The translations under genes were made by a program, and so were the position numbers. The notes beneath the pieces were generated by a model. That model saw nothing but the letters and a program-made list of their open reading frames with translations, was not told the DNA's origin and made no database searches. A stretch of DNA of 41,599 bases from assembly GCA_963665275.2 (NCBI GenBank), contig CAXXIN010000010.1, positions 1-41,599 of the forward strand, written 5' to 3'. This DNA comes from Negativicutes bacterium (lineage in GTDB: Bacteria > Bacillota > Negativicutes > UBA1444). Positions 1 to 11,052 of this stretch are shown here, piece by piece (positions within the stretch are counted from its first letter, which is position 1; each line of letters opens with the position of its first letter).

Positions 1-277
1 CTGCACCGATATTCCATAGCTGCATCCTGAATGCCGCCGATATCCCCAATGCGCAGAGCATCAGAGGGATCGCTTTGACAATTGTTTCCGACAACCCATA
101 ACGAGAACCGAGCGCGCCCTTGAACATCGTCTCATAGACTTCGACCGGGTCCCGGTCCGTCAGCGTTAAAAACACTGCACCCAGAAGGAACGCTGCCAAG
201 ACTGACAACAACGGCACTGCTACATTCATAGCAACTGAAGGGTTCAACCGTTTCTCGAATTTAACGGTCATCGCCAT
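1..277 (-). CDS. Nucleoside/simple-sugar ABC transporter permease, N-terminal part (runs off the window)
   Basis: Manual translation gives MAMTVKFEKRLNPS...LSETIVKAIPLMLCALGISAAFRMQLWNIGA, with the typical 'WNIGAEGQ' permease motif. Lies downstream of the ATPase and BMP genes. Confidence 0.85.
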   Translation of the reverse strand, partial: MAMTVKFEKRLNPSVAMNVAVPLLSVLAAFLLGAVFLTLTDRDPVEVYETMFKGALGSRYGLSETIVKAIPLMLCALGISAAFRMQLWNIGA

Positions 278-1802
278 GTATGCGTTCCTCTCCGACCTGA
301 ACAGGCCCATCATTAATAGTCCGACTTCTTCCAGATCCACTTCTTCAATGGCAAAATTTCCGACGATCCGGCCACCGAACATTACACCTACTCGGTCCGA
401 CAATTTCATCAATTCGTCGAGGTCTTCAGAGATGAGCAAAATGGAAGTTCCCTGATCCCGAAGCTCCATCAGCAGTTTATGTATGGACTCAGTCGCTCCG
501 ACATCCAACCCGCGGGCCGGATAAACCACAATGATCAGCTTTGGGTGCTCGGCAATTTCGCGAGCCAGCAAAAGTTTCTGCAGATTGCGCCTGACATCGA
601 CCGGACCGGCTGGCTTAAACCGGCAAGCTTCACGTTGTATTGCCGGACGATTTCTGCTGTTGCCGCTTCTGCAGCCCGCCGATTGATCAGCCAGCCGCTG
701 GAAAACTCCGGGTGCTTGTAGCTCTTAAGCAGCATATTTTCTACTGCATCCAATCCTGGAACCAGCCCCCATTCCAGACGATCTTCCGGCACATAACTAA
801 TCCCTCTGTGAATCAATTCGACAGGGGAAGGTTGGTTACCTCTTCGCCCAGATATTCAACTGTACCAGCTGTAACAGTCCGCAGTCCGGTTATGACCTCT
901 GCCAGTTCTTTCTGCCCGTTTCCTGATACACCGGCAATGCCAAAAATCTGCCCCGCCCGCAGTGAAAGCGTAACGTCGTTCAATCCGGTCCGCCCGCTGT
1001 CGTTGAAAGCTTTCACATTTTTCAGGCTGGCCACTTCCGATCCACATATGCCACGCGGACACCGTTCCGCATTTAATGCGATTTCCCGGCCTACCATCAA
1101 CCATACCAACTGCTGAGCATGGACCTCGCGGCACAACATGGTCCCGCTTACTTTCCCGCCCCGCAGTACCGTTACCGATCAGCCACTGCCTGAACTTCAT
1201 TCATTTTATGTGTGATAAAGACCACTGCACAGCCGGCAGCAGCCATTTTTCTCATATTTACGAACAGCTCCGCTGTTTCCTGCGGGGTAAGAACCGCCGT
1301 CGGTTCATCCAAAATCAGCACTTTGAGCCACGGTACAGCATGCGGACGATCTCCACACGCTGTTTTTGACCGACGGATAGCTGCCACACCGGCGAGTCCC
1401 GGATCGACGGCCAGTCCGAAACGCTTTTCGAAATTTTGGATCTCGACCCGGATTCCTACATCGGAAAGCAAAAACGAACCTCTGCCGTTCGCCCAATTGC
1501 AAGTTCTGGGCTACGGTAAAGGGCTCTACCAGCTTGAAGTGTTGGTATACCATGCCTACGCCGGCGGCAATCGCATCACGCGGCGAGGCAAACGCAAACG
1601 GGGTTCCATCGATCAGTATTTCACCGGCATCCGGCTTATACAAGCCCGCCAGCACGGACATGATCGTGCTTTTTCCGGAGCCGTTCTCACCTAGTAACGC
1701 GTGAATCTCGCCAGCGTAGATATCGAGATCCACGCGATCGTTCGCCACTACGCCCGGAAATTTTTTCACAATGCCCCGCATCTGAACCAGCGGTTTTGTC
1801 AT
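278..1802 (-). CDS. Double-domain ABC ATPase of nucleoside/sugar transporter (several frameshifts)
   Basis: Successive frames give GENGSGKST (Walker A), ILDEPTAVL, FITHKM, GVSGNGQ, YVPEDR, SMSG-NLQK and LLISEDLDE. Confidence 0.85.
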
Positions 1803-1822
1803 CTTTCAATTCGCTCCAGAAA

Positions 1823-1859
1823 GGCGAAGCGCCGGAAGGAATCCTCCCGGCTCTTCGCC
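1823..1859 (-). terminator. Intercistronic hairpin between BMP and ATPase genes (partial terminator or mRNA stabiliser)
   Basis: Imperfect inverted repeat GGCGAAGCGCCGG...CCGGCTCTTCGCC. Confidence 0.5.
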
Positions 1860-1889
1860 GTTGATTATTTTTTATATTATATCACAGAC

Positions 1890-3008
1890 TTATTTAGGAA
1901 TGGTACCTTCTACACCTTCAACAAACCAATTGAAGCCAAGCATATCGGCGTCGGACATTTTCTGGCCGGCGGCGATTTTCACCGCGCCGCTCTGATCTTT
2001 CACCGGACCCCAGAATACATCCCATTGTTCCGCCAACAATCTTTCGTTCTTCGCGTCGTCGATCAGCTTTTTGGTGTCGTCCTTGACCATGGGTCCGAAC
2101 GGAGCGAGGTCGACGATGTTGTCAGCCATGGAGCCCCAATATTGCTCGCTCTTCCAGGTCTTGTTCTTGACGGATTCAACCACTTTCACATAATAGGGGC
2201 CCCAGTTCCAGACCGGCGACGTCAGCACGGCCTTAGGCGCCATTTTGCTCATGTCGGTGTTGTAGCCAATACCGAACTTGCCTTTTTCCTGAGCAGCCTG
2301 CATCGGTCCGGGGGTATCCTGGTGCTGAGCGATAACATCGGCATTCGGCGTCCAGCAGCGACAAGGCGGCTTGTTTTTCCTTGGCCGGATCATACCAGGT
2401 ATTGGTCCAGATCACTTTGACCTTGGCCTGCGGGTTCACGGAACGTACTCCCAGCGTAAAGGCATTGATGCCGCGAACGACTTCCGGAATCGGGAATGCC
2501 GCGACGTAGCCAATCACGTTCGACTGCGTCTGTTTGCCGGCTGCAATGCCTGAGAGGTAACGGGCCTGATACATCCGACCGAAATAGGTGCCAACATTCG
2601 GCGCCGTTTTTAAAGCCGGAGCAATGCATAAATGTCACATCGGGATATTTTTTTCGCTACGTTAATCGTCGGATCCATATATCCGAAGCTCGTCGTAAAA
2701 ACGATTTTGGCGCCCTGCTCAACGAGCTGGGTAATGACGCGCTCTGCATCGGCGCCTTCCGGCACGGATTCAACGAACACAGTCTGCACATCAGGCATTT
2801 TGCTTTCAAGGTATTTGCGGGCCTGATCATGGGCATACGTCCACCCGCCATCACCGACGGGCCCGACATATACGAATGCGACTTTCAGTTTTTCCGCCGC
2901 TTTTGGAGCCTCTTTCTTGGGCTCTTCCTTCTTGCCGCCACAGCCCGCGAGCACGAGCGCCAGCGCCATGACCACGGTCATGAGGATTAGAAATTTCCTG
3001 TTTTTCAT
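1890..3008 (-). CDS. BMP-family ABC substrate-binding lipoprotein (frameshifted)
   Basis: Lipobox LAGC. KVAFVYVGPVGDGGWTYAHD, TTSFGY, IPEVVRGINAF and AQHQD occur across three frames. GGAGG RBS. Confidence 0.9.
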
Positions 3009-3080
3009 GTTTGTTCATCAGCCTCCTGTGTTTTGAAATCCGGGGGATCCCTTTAGCTCATCCCCAATAACTTATTATTT

Positions 3081-3108
3081 ATTCGCATCTCTGCCGGGTT
3101 TCCCCTGC
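3081..3108 (-). promoter_or_regulatory. Sigma-H-like promoter of the BMP/ABC operon
   Basis: Minus strand reads GCAGGGGAAA...GCGAAT, resembling the AGGA-N17/18-GAAT consensus. Confidence 0.45.
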
Positions 3109-3163
3109 CAAAATTCAAACAAAACGCTATTATTTCTTTTGACCTTTTCCAGTGACCGCCATC

Positions 3164-4904
3164 CTAACTCCGCCCAGCGGCAATCCTGTTCCTGCCATTT
3201 TGTTTCGCCTGATATAGGGCCCTGTCGGCATAGTGCAGTAATTCCTCGGCATCCATTTCTTCGGACACTGGCGAATTTCCAATCGATGCGATCCCCAGAC
3301 TGATGGTAACGGGAATACGGGTCTTTCCTTGCATGAACGAGGCGTTCTCAACTATCATCCGAAACCGCTCGGAAAACTGAATGGCCTCTTCGAGAGACGT
3401 TTCCGGCAATATGGCTGCAAACTCTTCTCCTCCGTAGCGCACAGGCACATCCAGATTACGGAAGTTCGCCCGCATCAGGGATCCCAGTTCCCGCAACACC
3501 ATATCACCCACAGGATGTCCCCATGCATCATTGATCTTTTTAAAATGGTCGATATCTATCATCACCAGGCTTAGTGGACGAGCGTAGCGTCGACTGCGGT
3601 TGATCTCCCTTTCTATGAGGTAATTGAACATCCGGCGGTTGGAGAGTCCTGTCAATTCATCCGTTAGGCCGATTTTTTCCACACCGCGAAAACAAATGAT
3701 GGCGTTCCAGGCCTAGTGCGGTCTGGGCTGCCACGATACGAAGCATATCCTCCATATGCCGGTAATTATTGATCCTGCGGTCATAATCCCACAGCAGCAC
3801 AATGATTCCCTGCAACAGATCGCGGGAAAACAGCGGTAGGATATAGATCGACTTGCCGCCGGAAAAGCTGACTGAAAAGGCCTTTTTCCTCTCCGTCATG
3901 TCCGGGCCGTTGTTCTCAAAGCATTCGTCGATTACGCCGACCGGCCAGCGCTCAGCAAAAATTCCTTTAAGATTATCCATGTCGGTACGGGAAAAATTGC
4001 GGACCAACACTTCCGTTGTTTTGTTCAGCTGGGGTAGCCTTTGAACGAAAAAGGACGCAACGGCCTGCGCGCAAAAACAATTGCTCAGAGTGTCAGCAAC
4101 CTTTGACAGCAATTGCGCCGGCGGTATGGGCGAGGATACGAACCCCATGATCTCATAGAGCAAATCTCTTTCATCCGAAGTCTGCCGCAACAATTCCTTT
4201 TTGCGGGAACTTTGAACAGCTACGGCCGCCAGGCGGGCATACTGAGTCAAAGCCGCTACGTCTTCCAGTGAAAAAGCGTCCGCGCGATGTGAAAAAAGTT
4301 CCAACGCCCCGACCGTCATTCCGTCTGCAACGATAGGCACTCCGCACAGGGGACAGCATGTCGGCGCGGGACAACACCGGCGGCGCCTTGTGCATCGACA
4401 ATTCGCCGATGGTCACGGCCTCCCCTTCCAGATAAGCCTGGCCCTGGAATTTTTGCTCCAGCGCAGCGTCCGGCAAACGAAAAGAGCCAGCTGAGGCGAT
4501 GACCCACCAGCGGGCAGGAGCCCCTTCCATCAAAGTACAAAAAACATTGTCACTCGGATATAACCGTCCGATTCCTTGCACCAGCTGGTCCAAAACTACG
4601 GACAACAACTCATCAGCCGCTACCCGCTCCAGCATCTCCGCCTCCAGCTTTGCCCGGGAAGGCGCGTTGACTTCCTCCGGTTGTTTCGATGCAGGCGGCA
4701 ACGAAACCTGCACATCAACCACGCCAATATTCCAATTGAGCAGGCGATCGACCAGTTCTCGGGTAATCAGCATTCCCTCCTGGAGAATCACCTTGCCCTG
4801 GTCGATCATCACCTGACCCTTTTCGTTGAGAATCGTTTTCCCTAAAAACCATTCCGGGTTCCAGATCCTGAACTCTGTAACGTTTCAGCCCCTTTAAGCG
4901 GCAT
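3164..4904 (-). CDS. GAF-sensor diguanylate cyclase (split by frameshifts)
   Basis: C-terminal DELTGLSNRR...DIDHFK...RNLD (I-site)...RYGGEEF. Upstream frames encode GAF-like segments and an N-terminal DLEPGMV module. AGAGG RBS precedes ATG 4904. Confidence 0.8.
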
Positions 4905-4940
4905 CGATACAACCTCTTTCATCCACCACAAACATTTTTA

Positions 4941-5177
4941 CTAAAACAGCTCCAACTGCTCCGGCGTAACCTTCGCCAGTTTCACCTTGCGTTTGGGTTC
5001 AGCTTCCTGCCAAAAACGGTTGGCTCTTATCCATCGTCCGCAGGATGGACACTTCACTGTCACAGATGCATCAGCCCACACCAACTGCCGGTTGCAATGA
5101 GCGCAGACAAATCGGACCATTGGGGAGGGAGTTGCCTTGCCTCCCATTTTTTTCAGCAAACCGGACGCTTCACTCAT
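4941..5177 (-). CDS. Small Com-like zinc-ribbon protein ending in QLELF
   Basis: CAHC...CPSC, then a basic tail and C-terminal QLELF. Start codon uncertain. Confidence 0.6.
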   Translation of the reverse strand: MSEASGLLKKMGGKATPSPMVRFVCAHCNRQLVWADASVTVKCPSCGRWIRANRFWQEAEPKRKVKLAKVTPEQLELF

Positions 5178-5285
5178 CGCGCGAAAGCTGCCGTAAGGCT
5201 TTTGTATTTCTCATCGTCTACATCCTCTGTCGCAAAATCGGCTTAAAGGTGCCGTAGATTTTCGCCTAAATACGTATCCATTATA

Positions 5286-5312
5286 GTTCGCCAGGAATTT
5301 GTATTTTCCTTT
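5286..5312 (-). promoter_or_regulatory. Sigma-H-like promoter
   Basis: Minus strand AAAGGAAAA...GCGAAC with canonical spacing. Confidence 0.5.
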
Positions 5313-5325
5313 ATCTCACCTTGCC

Positions 5326-6662
5326 TCAGGGATACAGCAGGTATCTGGTCGTCCGGGCGCGAAAATCGGCTGCTTCCCGTTTCCATCGATTCAGCAGTTC
5401 AGATGCCGACACCCGGCCTTGGCGCAACTCTGTGCCCCCTTCGTAAAGGTCGATCATCCAGGCATCTTTGCCTGATGGTGCATTCCACTTGAACTGAGTC
5501 CCCCCCAGTTCCCGAATCGCCTGTAATAAATAAATTGCGGCCGACACCGGAGAAAAAGCCCGCCGGTCTGTCACATGAAGTTGTACACCGTTACAGGTCA
5601 CGCCCTGATACTTTCCCCATTGAGGAGTAAAATAGGCCGGTCGAAAATAGACACCCGGCAGTTTATAGGCATTCATGCGATCCGACAGCGTGCGTCCATC
5701 CAACCAGGGCGCTCCCACCAACTCGAAAGGCCGGGTGGTTCCAACTCCTTCGGAAACATTGCTGCCCCCGAACAGACCGGTACCGGAGTAGACGCGGGCA
5801 GCATCCGGAGTTGGAATGTTGGGCGATGTCATCACCCAAGGCAGTCCGGTATCTTCCTGCTGCATGCTCCTTGTCCAGCCGCTCATCGGAATAACGACCA
5901 GACGTGCGCCAATCCCGAACTCTTCATTGAACAGTCGCGCCAACTCGCCTACGGTCATCCCGTGCCGGATTGGGATCGGATAAAGCCCGATGAAAGAACT
6001 GTGAGCCGGCTTCAATAGACCCGCCTTCCACTCGTTCGCCGCCCACCGGATTGGGCCGGTCGAATACAACGAAAGTTTTGCCGTTCTCTTTCGCACTCTG
6101 CATCGCATACGCCATCGTATAGATATAAGTGTAGGAACGGGCCCCGATGTCCTGGATATCAAACGCCAGCACATCGATATTTTTCAGCATCGCCGCTGTC
6201 GGTTTACGTATGTCGCCGTGCAGACTGTAAATGGGCAGACCGGTCCGCAAATCCTTCTCGTGTGGAACGACGGCTCCGGCCACCGAGCTTCCCCGCAGAC
6301 CATGCTCCGGCGCGAACAGCACCACCAGATTGACTCTCTGCGCCAACACCTCAGCAGACGATTTGAGCTGACTGTCCACCCCGGTAGCATTGGTGATAAG
6401 CCCAACTCTTTTCCCTTTGAAAACATCGATAAAGGCATCCACATTTTCCTATTCCCAGGCGGACGGTCGTCTCGGAACGTCCGATGCTTGCCGGGAGCTC
6501 AGCCTTAACGTTGCCGGCAGCATTTCCCCGCCAAAAACCGTCCGGCAGTTTCAACAGCGTACCCAAGCCGATCAACAGTACTGAGACAAGGAGCACTTTG
6601 ACGAAAACCGGCCATTTCCAGCGAGGACCTCTAGTTCTCCGATATCCTCCGACTGTGCTCAT
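5326..6662 (-). CDS. namZ: Exo-beta-N-acetylmuramidase NamZ/YbbC (DUF1343) with N-terminal membrane anchor (frameshifted)
   Basis: GLITNATG, FAPEHG, DIQDIGARSYTY, DRPNP, RHGMTVGEL, TSPNIP and SEGVGTTRPFE occur across three frames. Confidence 0.85.
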
Positions 6663-6701
6663 AACCGCATTACCTCCAGTGATCCGAAAGTTCGCCTGTG
6701 G

Positions 6702-7190
6702 CTATAAAACAGCTATTTCAAAACGGATCAGACTTACAGCATTGGGTCCGGTGATCATCCTGCGCATCGACCCGCCTTTCTGCAGAGCGTAAGTCAGACC
6801 GATCCGCGCATCCGCCGGGTGATTCTCCTCCACACGGGCTTTGTTAACTAACCAGTACCAGACAGCCGCCATCTTGTCGTCGTTCTGACCGATGAACGTC
6901 TGCAGCTCATCGCGGGACCAGAGGCTCCTTTCGAGTTGAAGTGCAACGTCCCGAACCGCCTGCACATCCTCAAATCGAACCTTCCAAAGGTAACGGTGAA
7001 CCAGAGAATATGAGGCATAAAACTCCGCCACCGCCATTTTTTCGTACTCCGCAGTTCGCCCGAAACCGCCTTCACCCCAACCCCGTCGTGCAGGCGGCAG
7101 CAAGCCTGCCGTCTCATAACGCTGCAAAGTTCGCAGCGTTGCCGCCACACCGAGGGGTTTCAGTTTCGCCAGAATTTCTTCGCCTTTCAA
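6702..7190 (-). CDS. Hypothetical protein with N-terminal MerR-like helix-turn-helix
   Basis: TTG start after GGAGG. The motif TLRTLQRYETAGLLPP...GRTAEY is MerR-like. Confidence 0.65.
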   Translation of the reverse strand: MKGEEILAKLKPLGVAATLRTLQRYETAGLLPPARRGWGEGGFGRTAEYEKMAVAEFYASYSLVHRYLWKVRFEDVQAVRDVALQLERSLWSRDELQTFIGQNDDKMAAVWYWLVNKARVEENHPADARIGLTYALQKGGSMRRMITGPNAVSLIRFEIAVL

Positions 7191-7279
7191 CTGATGACTA
7201 CCTCCAAAATTTTCAAGGGTTTTCCCCGGACAGCGTCGAAACAACCCTTAGAGATTTGATCTGTGAAAGGGGTTCCATC

Positions 7280-7835
7280 ATGCGCAAAAGGATCTGCACC
7301 GCGTTGCTGTCGTGCGCGGTATTTTATAGTTTTCTGACCGCCGTTCAGCCGGTCGCCGCCGCGTCCAAAACGACTACTGTGGCAGTAGTCCTACTCGGCT
7401 CTCTCGAATTTCAAAATCCAGCGTACTATGAAATCACCACAGAGTCCTTGCGTCAGAAATTCCCCGCGAGCAAGCACACGCTCCTTGTTGGCGACTACCC
7501 TTTGGAAATGTTCAACCGTTTCTCGGACAAGCAGGGGTTGGTCCCTGGCGAAAATCCTTCCGAAGCGAAAATGATCAAATTCGCCTGGCTCCACTCTTTT
7601 GATGAAGTATTATTTATTTTGCTGAGTACCCCCAGTCTCAAGAGTAGTGAGTTCACCTATCAGTGGGAAAAGTCCGAAGCAACCATAACGGCCCATGTTC
7701 TGCGTTTCGAAGCCCGCACGAAGAAAAAGCTATCGGATTCCTCCACGACTCAGACTGACCAAACCGTCGGCCGAAGTGAAGCGAAAATGGCGGCCTTCCG
7801 CAAATGCCCTCGACGCCTTGGTTGGAAGGCTGTAG
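7280..7835 (+). CDS. Hypothetical exported protein (one extra C near 7808 hides the TAG stop)
   Basis: AAAGGGG RBS and signal peptide MRKRICTALL...VAAA. Removing one C gives ...FRKCLDALVGRL-TAG(7833-7835), converging on patB. Confidence 0.65.
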
Positions 7836-7843
7836 CGGCTCGC

Positions 7844-9022
7844 TCAGATACGCCTTGTGGCCTGTTCGATCCTTTCCAGCCCCTCAGTCAGCGTCTTCCG
7901 GCTACAGCCGAAGTTCAGGCGCATGAACCCCTCTCCCTGGTCCCCGAAAGTCCGCCCGTCATTCAGACCAACCCGGGCCTTCGTCACAAAAAACTCTTTC
8001 AACTCCGGCTGTGGCAGTCCCAGTGCGCGGCAGTCCAACCAGGCCAGAAAGGTACTCTCCGGCATTGCCATGCGCAGACGGGGAATTTTTTTCGTCAAAA
8101 AATCTCTCATGAACATCGCGTTATCCTCCAGATAAGGCAGCAGTGCTTTCAACCATTCTTCCCCGTGGTTATACGCAGCTTCAAAGGCTACAATCCCGAA
8201 CACATTGCCGCCGCAAATATCCAGAGCATCCAGCATGTGCGACAGCCTTGCCCGCAGCGAAGGAGAGCTCACGACAACCGTCGACGTATAGAGTCCGGCA
8301 ATATTGAAGGTTTTGCTAGGCGCCGTACAGGTGATCGTTTGCGCCGCTACTTCCGGTCCCAGCGCTGCCAGCGGGGTATGCCGGCGATTTCCCAGCAGCA
8401 GATCGCCATGGATCTCATCGGAGAACATGAACACTTCGTTTTCCAGACAAAGCTCCGCTATCTTTTGCAGCTCCCCCCGACTCCATACGCGGCCAACCGG
8501 ATTATGGGGATTGCACAAAACGAACAATTTGGGTCGCAACTCCAACTTGCGTTTCAAGTCATCGAAATCGATCCGCCATGTTCCATCCGAATTTTCCTGC
8601 AGCGGATTCTCCATCACGATCCGTCCGTTCAGTCGGGGGCAGGAAAAAAACGGCGGATATACCGGCGGCTGGATCAATACCCCGTCACCCGGTTCGGTGA
8701 AAGCGAGGATCGCGGCGTTAATCGCTGGAACGACTCCTGGCGTAGTCAACAGCCACGAAGGGTCGACCTGCCATCCATAGCGCCGGTCGGTCCACCCCGT
8801 GAAAGCGGAATAATAGGATTCAAGCCGGGCCGGATAACCGTAAAGGCAGTGAGCGGCACGGTGTTTCACTGCTTCCACCACAGCTGGAGGACTACAAAAA
8901 TCCATGTCGGCGATCCACATCGGCAAAAGGTCTTCCCGGCCAAAAACCTCTTGCCTGGCGTCCCATTTCCGGCTGCCTGTACCGATCCGATCAACAACTG
9001 TATCAAAATCAAAGTTTCCCAT
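7844..9022 (-). CDS. patB: MalY/PatB-family PLP-dependent C-S lyase/aminotransferase
   Basis: PMWIADMDF, LCNPHNPVG, SDEIHGD, APSKTFN and RLNFGC motifs. Confidence 0.92.
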   Translation of the reverse strand: MGNFDFDTVVDRIGTGSRKWDARQEVFGREDLLPMWIADMDFCSPPAVVEAVKHRAAHCLYGYPARLESYYSAFTGWTDRRYGWQVDPSWLLTTPGVVPAINAAILAFTEPGDGVLIQPPVYPPFFSCPRLNGRIVMENPLQENSDGTWRIDFDDLKRKLELRPKLFVLCNPHNPVGRVWSRGELQKIAELCLENEVFMFSDEIHGDLLLGNRRHTPLAALGPEVAAQTITCTAPSKTFNIAGLYTSTVVVSSPSLRARLSHMLDALDICGGNVFGIVAFEAAYNHGEEWLKALLPYLEDNAMFMRDFLTKKIPRLRMAMPESTFLAWLDCRALGLPQPELKEFFVTKARVGLNDGRTFGDQGEGFMRLNFGCSRKTLTEGLERIEQATRRI

Positions 9023-9212
9023 ATGACCCTCTCTTCCCTGAGCGCATTATTACAAGCTTCTTATTCTACAGTTCTATTCTCTGTCGCTTTGCTGATTCCC
9101 TACTTCTTTTATTACTATTCGGGTCAATCTTTACGATGCGGACGATATATAAAATAGTTCTTCGGTTGCAATAATTTTTATCTTGCTGTAATATGTTTCT
9201 GTCCTGAAAGTT

Positions 9213-9791
9213 TTAATTCAATTCGTCCAGTGCGAGCGCAAAACTGGGCGCAAAATTTTCCATAAAATATTTCACTTCCGGAGCATCCATTTTATCGATT
9301 TCGGCCCTAATGGCACGCTCAGCTTTGACGAACTCCTGATTGCCCGATTTCAGTTCTTCCACGCATTTCAGGTACGCACATATTTTATCCGCCGCCTTTA
9401 CGATTTTCCACAGTTCCCGTTCCTCCGTTTGCGGAAACAGAAGCGGTCGATAGACGTCCTGCAGCTCATCTGGCAGCATCCCGCCCAATCTTTCCTTGGC
9501 AAAATCTTCGATCTTGGCATAGGCTTCTTTAATCTCCGGATTGAAATATTTGATTGGCGTCGCCAAATCTCCGGTGAAAACCTCTCCGGCCTCGTGAAAT
9601 GCAGCCAGAGTCATCACCCTGTCCGCATTCACCGAACCGCCGAAATTCGTGTTGCGGATGATCGCGAGCCCATGGGCGACCCAGGCCACCTGCAGACTGT
9701 GTTCCTGGATATTTTCCTCGTAGGTATTTCGCATCAGTCCCCAGCGCCGGATCAGGCGCATGCGTGATAAATAGGCGAAGTAATGCCGCAT
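9213..9791 (-). CDS. yfbR: 5'-deoxynucleotidase, YfbR family (HD domain)
   Basis: RMRLIRRWGLMRN...ENIQEHS, GDLATPIKY, VKAADKICAYLKC and GNQEF. Confidence 0.9.
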   Translation of the reverse strand: MRHYFAYLSRMRLIRRWGLMRNTYEENIQEHSLQVAWVAHGLAIIRNTNFGGSVNADRVMTLAAFHEAGEVFTGDLATPIKYFNPEIKEAYAKIEDFAKERLGGMLPDELQDVYRPLLFPQTEERELWKIVKAADKICAYLKCVEELKSGNQEFVKAERAIRAEIDKMDAPEVKYFMENFAPSFALALDELN

Positions 9792-9959
9792 GGTGAAACT
9801 CCTTTTTCAATAGATTATTCCATCTATGATTCTACTGCGAAATTCACTGTTCGGTAAGCCCCTTGCTGTATGCAAAAATTTCTGTTCCCGATTGCATTTG
9901 CAGCACAGGAACCCCTGAGCCGCCTGTCGAATTTCATTCTTACATATATGAAGGAGCCT

Positions 9960-11003
9960 ATGATGAAGTATCGTTTTTCTGATCTGGCTGATATACCGAA
10001 GCTTCAGGAACTAATGGGAAGTCTTTACTGGCTGACCGATATTGCCATTGGCATTATAGAGGCGGATGGGACTTTCCTGTTTTGCGCCGGCTGGCGAGGC
10101 GCATGCACCTCTGGCGATCAGAAGGAGTGTGACTGCCAATCTTATGTTTGCACCCATCTCGATCCGGTTTCGTATACATGCCGGAGGTGTCCTACCGGCA
10201 TGTTGCATTACGCCTGCCCTATCGTAGTAGAAGGAGAGCATCTGGCTTCTGTTTATATCGGGCAGTTTTTCACGGAACCGCCCGATGCAATGGCGGTCTC
10301 TCTGGAAGCGACCAACCGCGGACTGAATCCGGCTGAATACAGCAAGGAACTCAATAAATTGTCCGTTATACCGCCGATGCGGCTCACCCTGTTGCTGAAA
10401 TATCTCAAGGATCTGGCTAATATGCTCGCTGATATCGGACTACAGCGCCGCAAACAGATGGAAGCTCTTGAAATCCTTCGTTTGAGTGAGGAGCGTCTTC
10501 ATTATCTCAGTTCCCACGATCCCCTGACCGGACTCCAGAATCGATGCTGCTTTGAAGACGGCATGACAGCAATGGAGGAAAACCCTTTACTGCCGACCGC
10601 CATTATGGTGATGGACCTTGATGGATTGAAGCAAGTCAACGATTCTCTGGGCCATGCCGCCGGTGATGCGCTGCTGCGAGCGGCTGCAGAAATTTTTCAG
10701 AAATCATTGCCTTCAGATGCCACTCTGGCGCGTATTGGCGGCGATGAGTTTACCTGCCTGCTGCCACGCACGGATTTCGCCGCTGCAGAAGCACTTCGCA
10801 TGCGTATTCTCGCCGAAGTTGATGCCTTTAACGCGCTCAATCCAACCTTGCCTGTTGGCATTTCCATCGGTTTTTCTGTTGCCGAAACAATCCCTTTACT
10901 GATGCGCGATCTTTTCAAAGAAGCAGATTCAAACATGTACCTGGATAAGGATCTGCGGGAACAAAAAACTGGCGGCCGAAAATCCGCCCCAAGGGCAGGT
11001 TAA
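9960..11003 (+). CDS. PocR-sensor diguanylate cyclase
   Basis: N-terminal PocR-like domain (CPTGMLHYACPIVVEGEHLASVYIGQF). HDPLTGL...DLDGLK...RIGGDEF. AAGGAG RBS. Confidence 0.88.
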   Translation: MMKYRFSDLADIPKLQELMGSLYWLTDIAIGIIEADGTFLFCAGWRGACTSGDQKECDCQSYVCTHLDPVSYTCRRCPTGMLHYACPIVVEGEHLASVYIGQFFTEPPDAMAVSLEATNRGLNPAEYSKELNKLSVIPPMRLTLLLKYLKDLANMLADIGLQRRKQMEALEILRLSEERLHYLSSHDPLTGLQNRCCFEDGMTAMEENPLLPTAIMVMDLDGLKQVNDSLGHAAGDALLRAAAEIFQKSLPSDATLARIGGDEFTCLLPRTDFAAAEALRMRILAEVDAFNALNPTLPVGISIGFSVAETIPLLMRDLFKEADSNMYLDKDLREQKTGGRKSAPRAG

Positions 11004-11052
11004 AAGGATGACCGATCAGCCAAATCAGACATCAGAAAGGGAGATTGGCTCG

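Noticed and set aside
6941-9157. 738-aa plus-strand ORF
   Set aside because: Artefact. The exported protein at 7280 loses its stop through one extra C and reads through antisense to patB.
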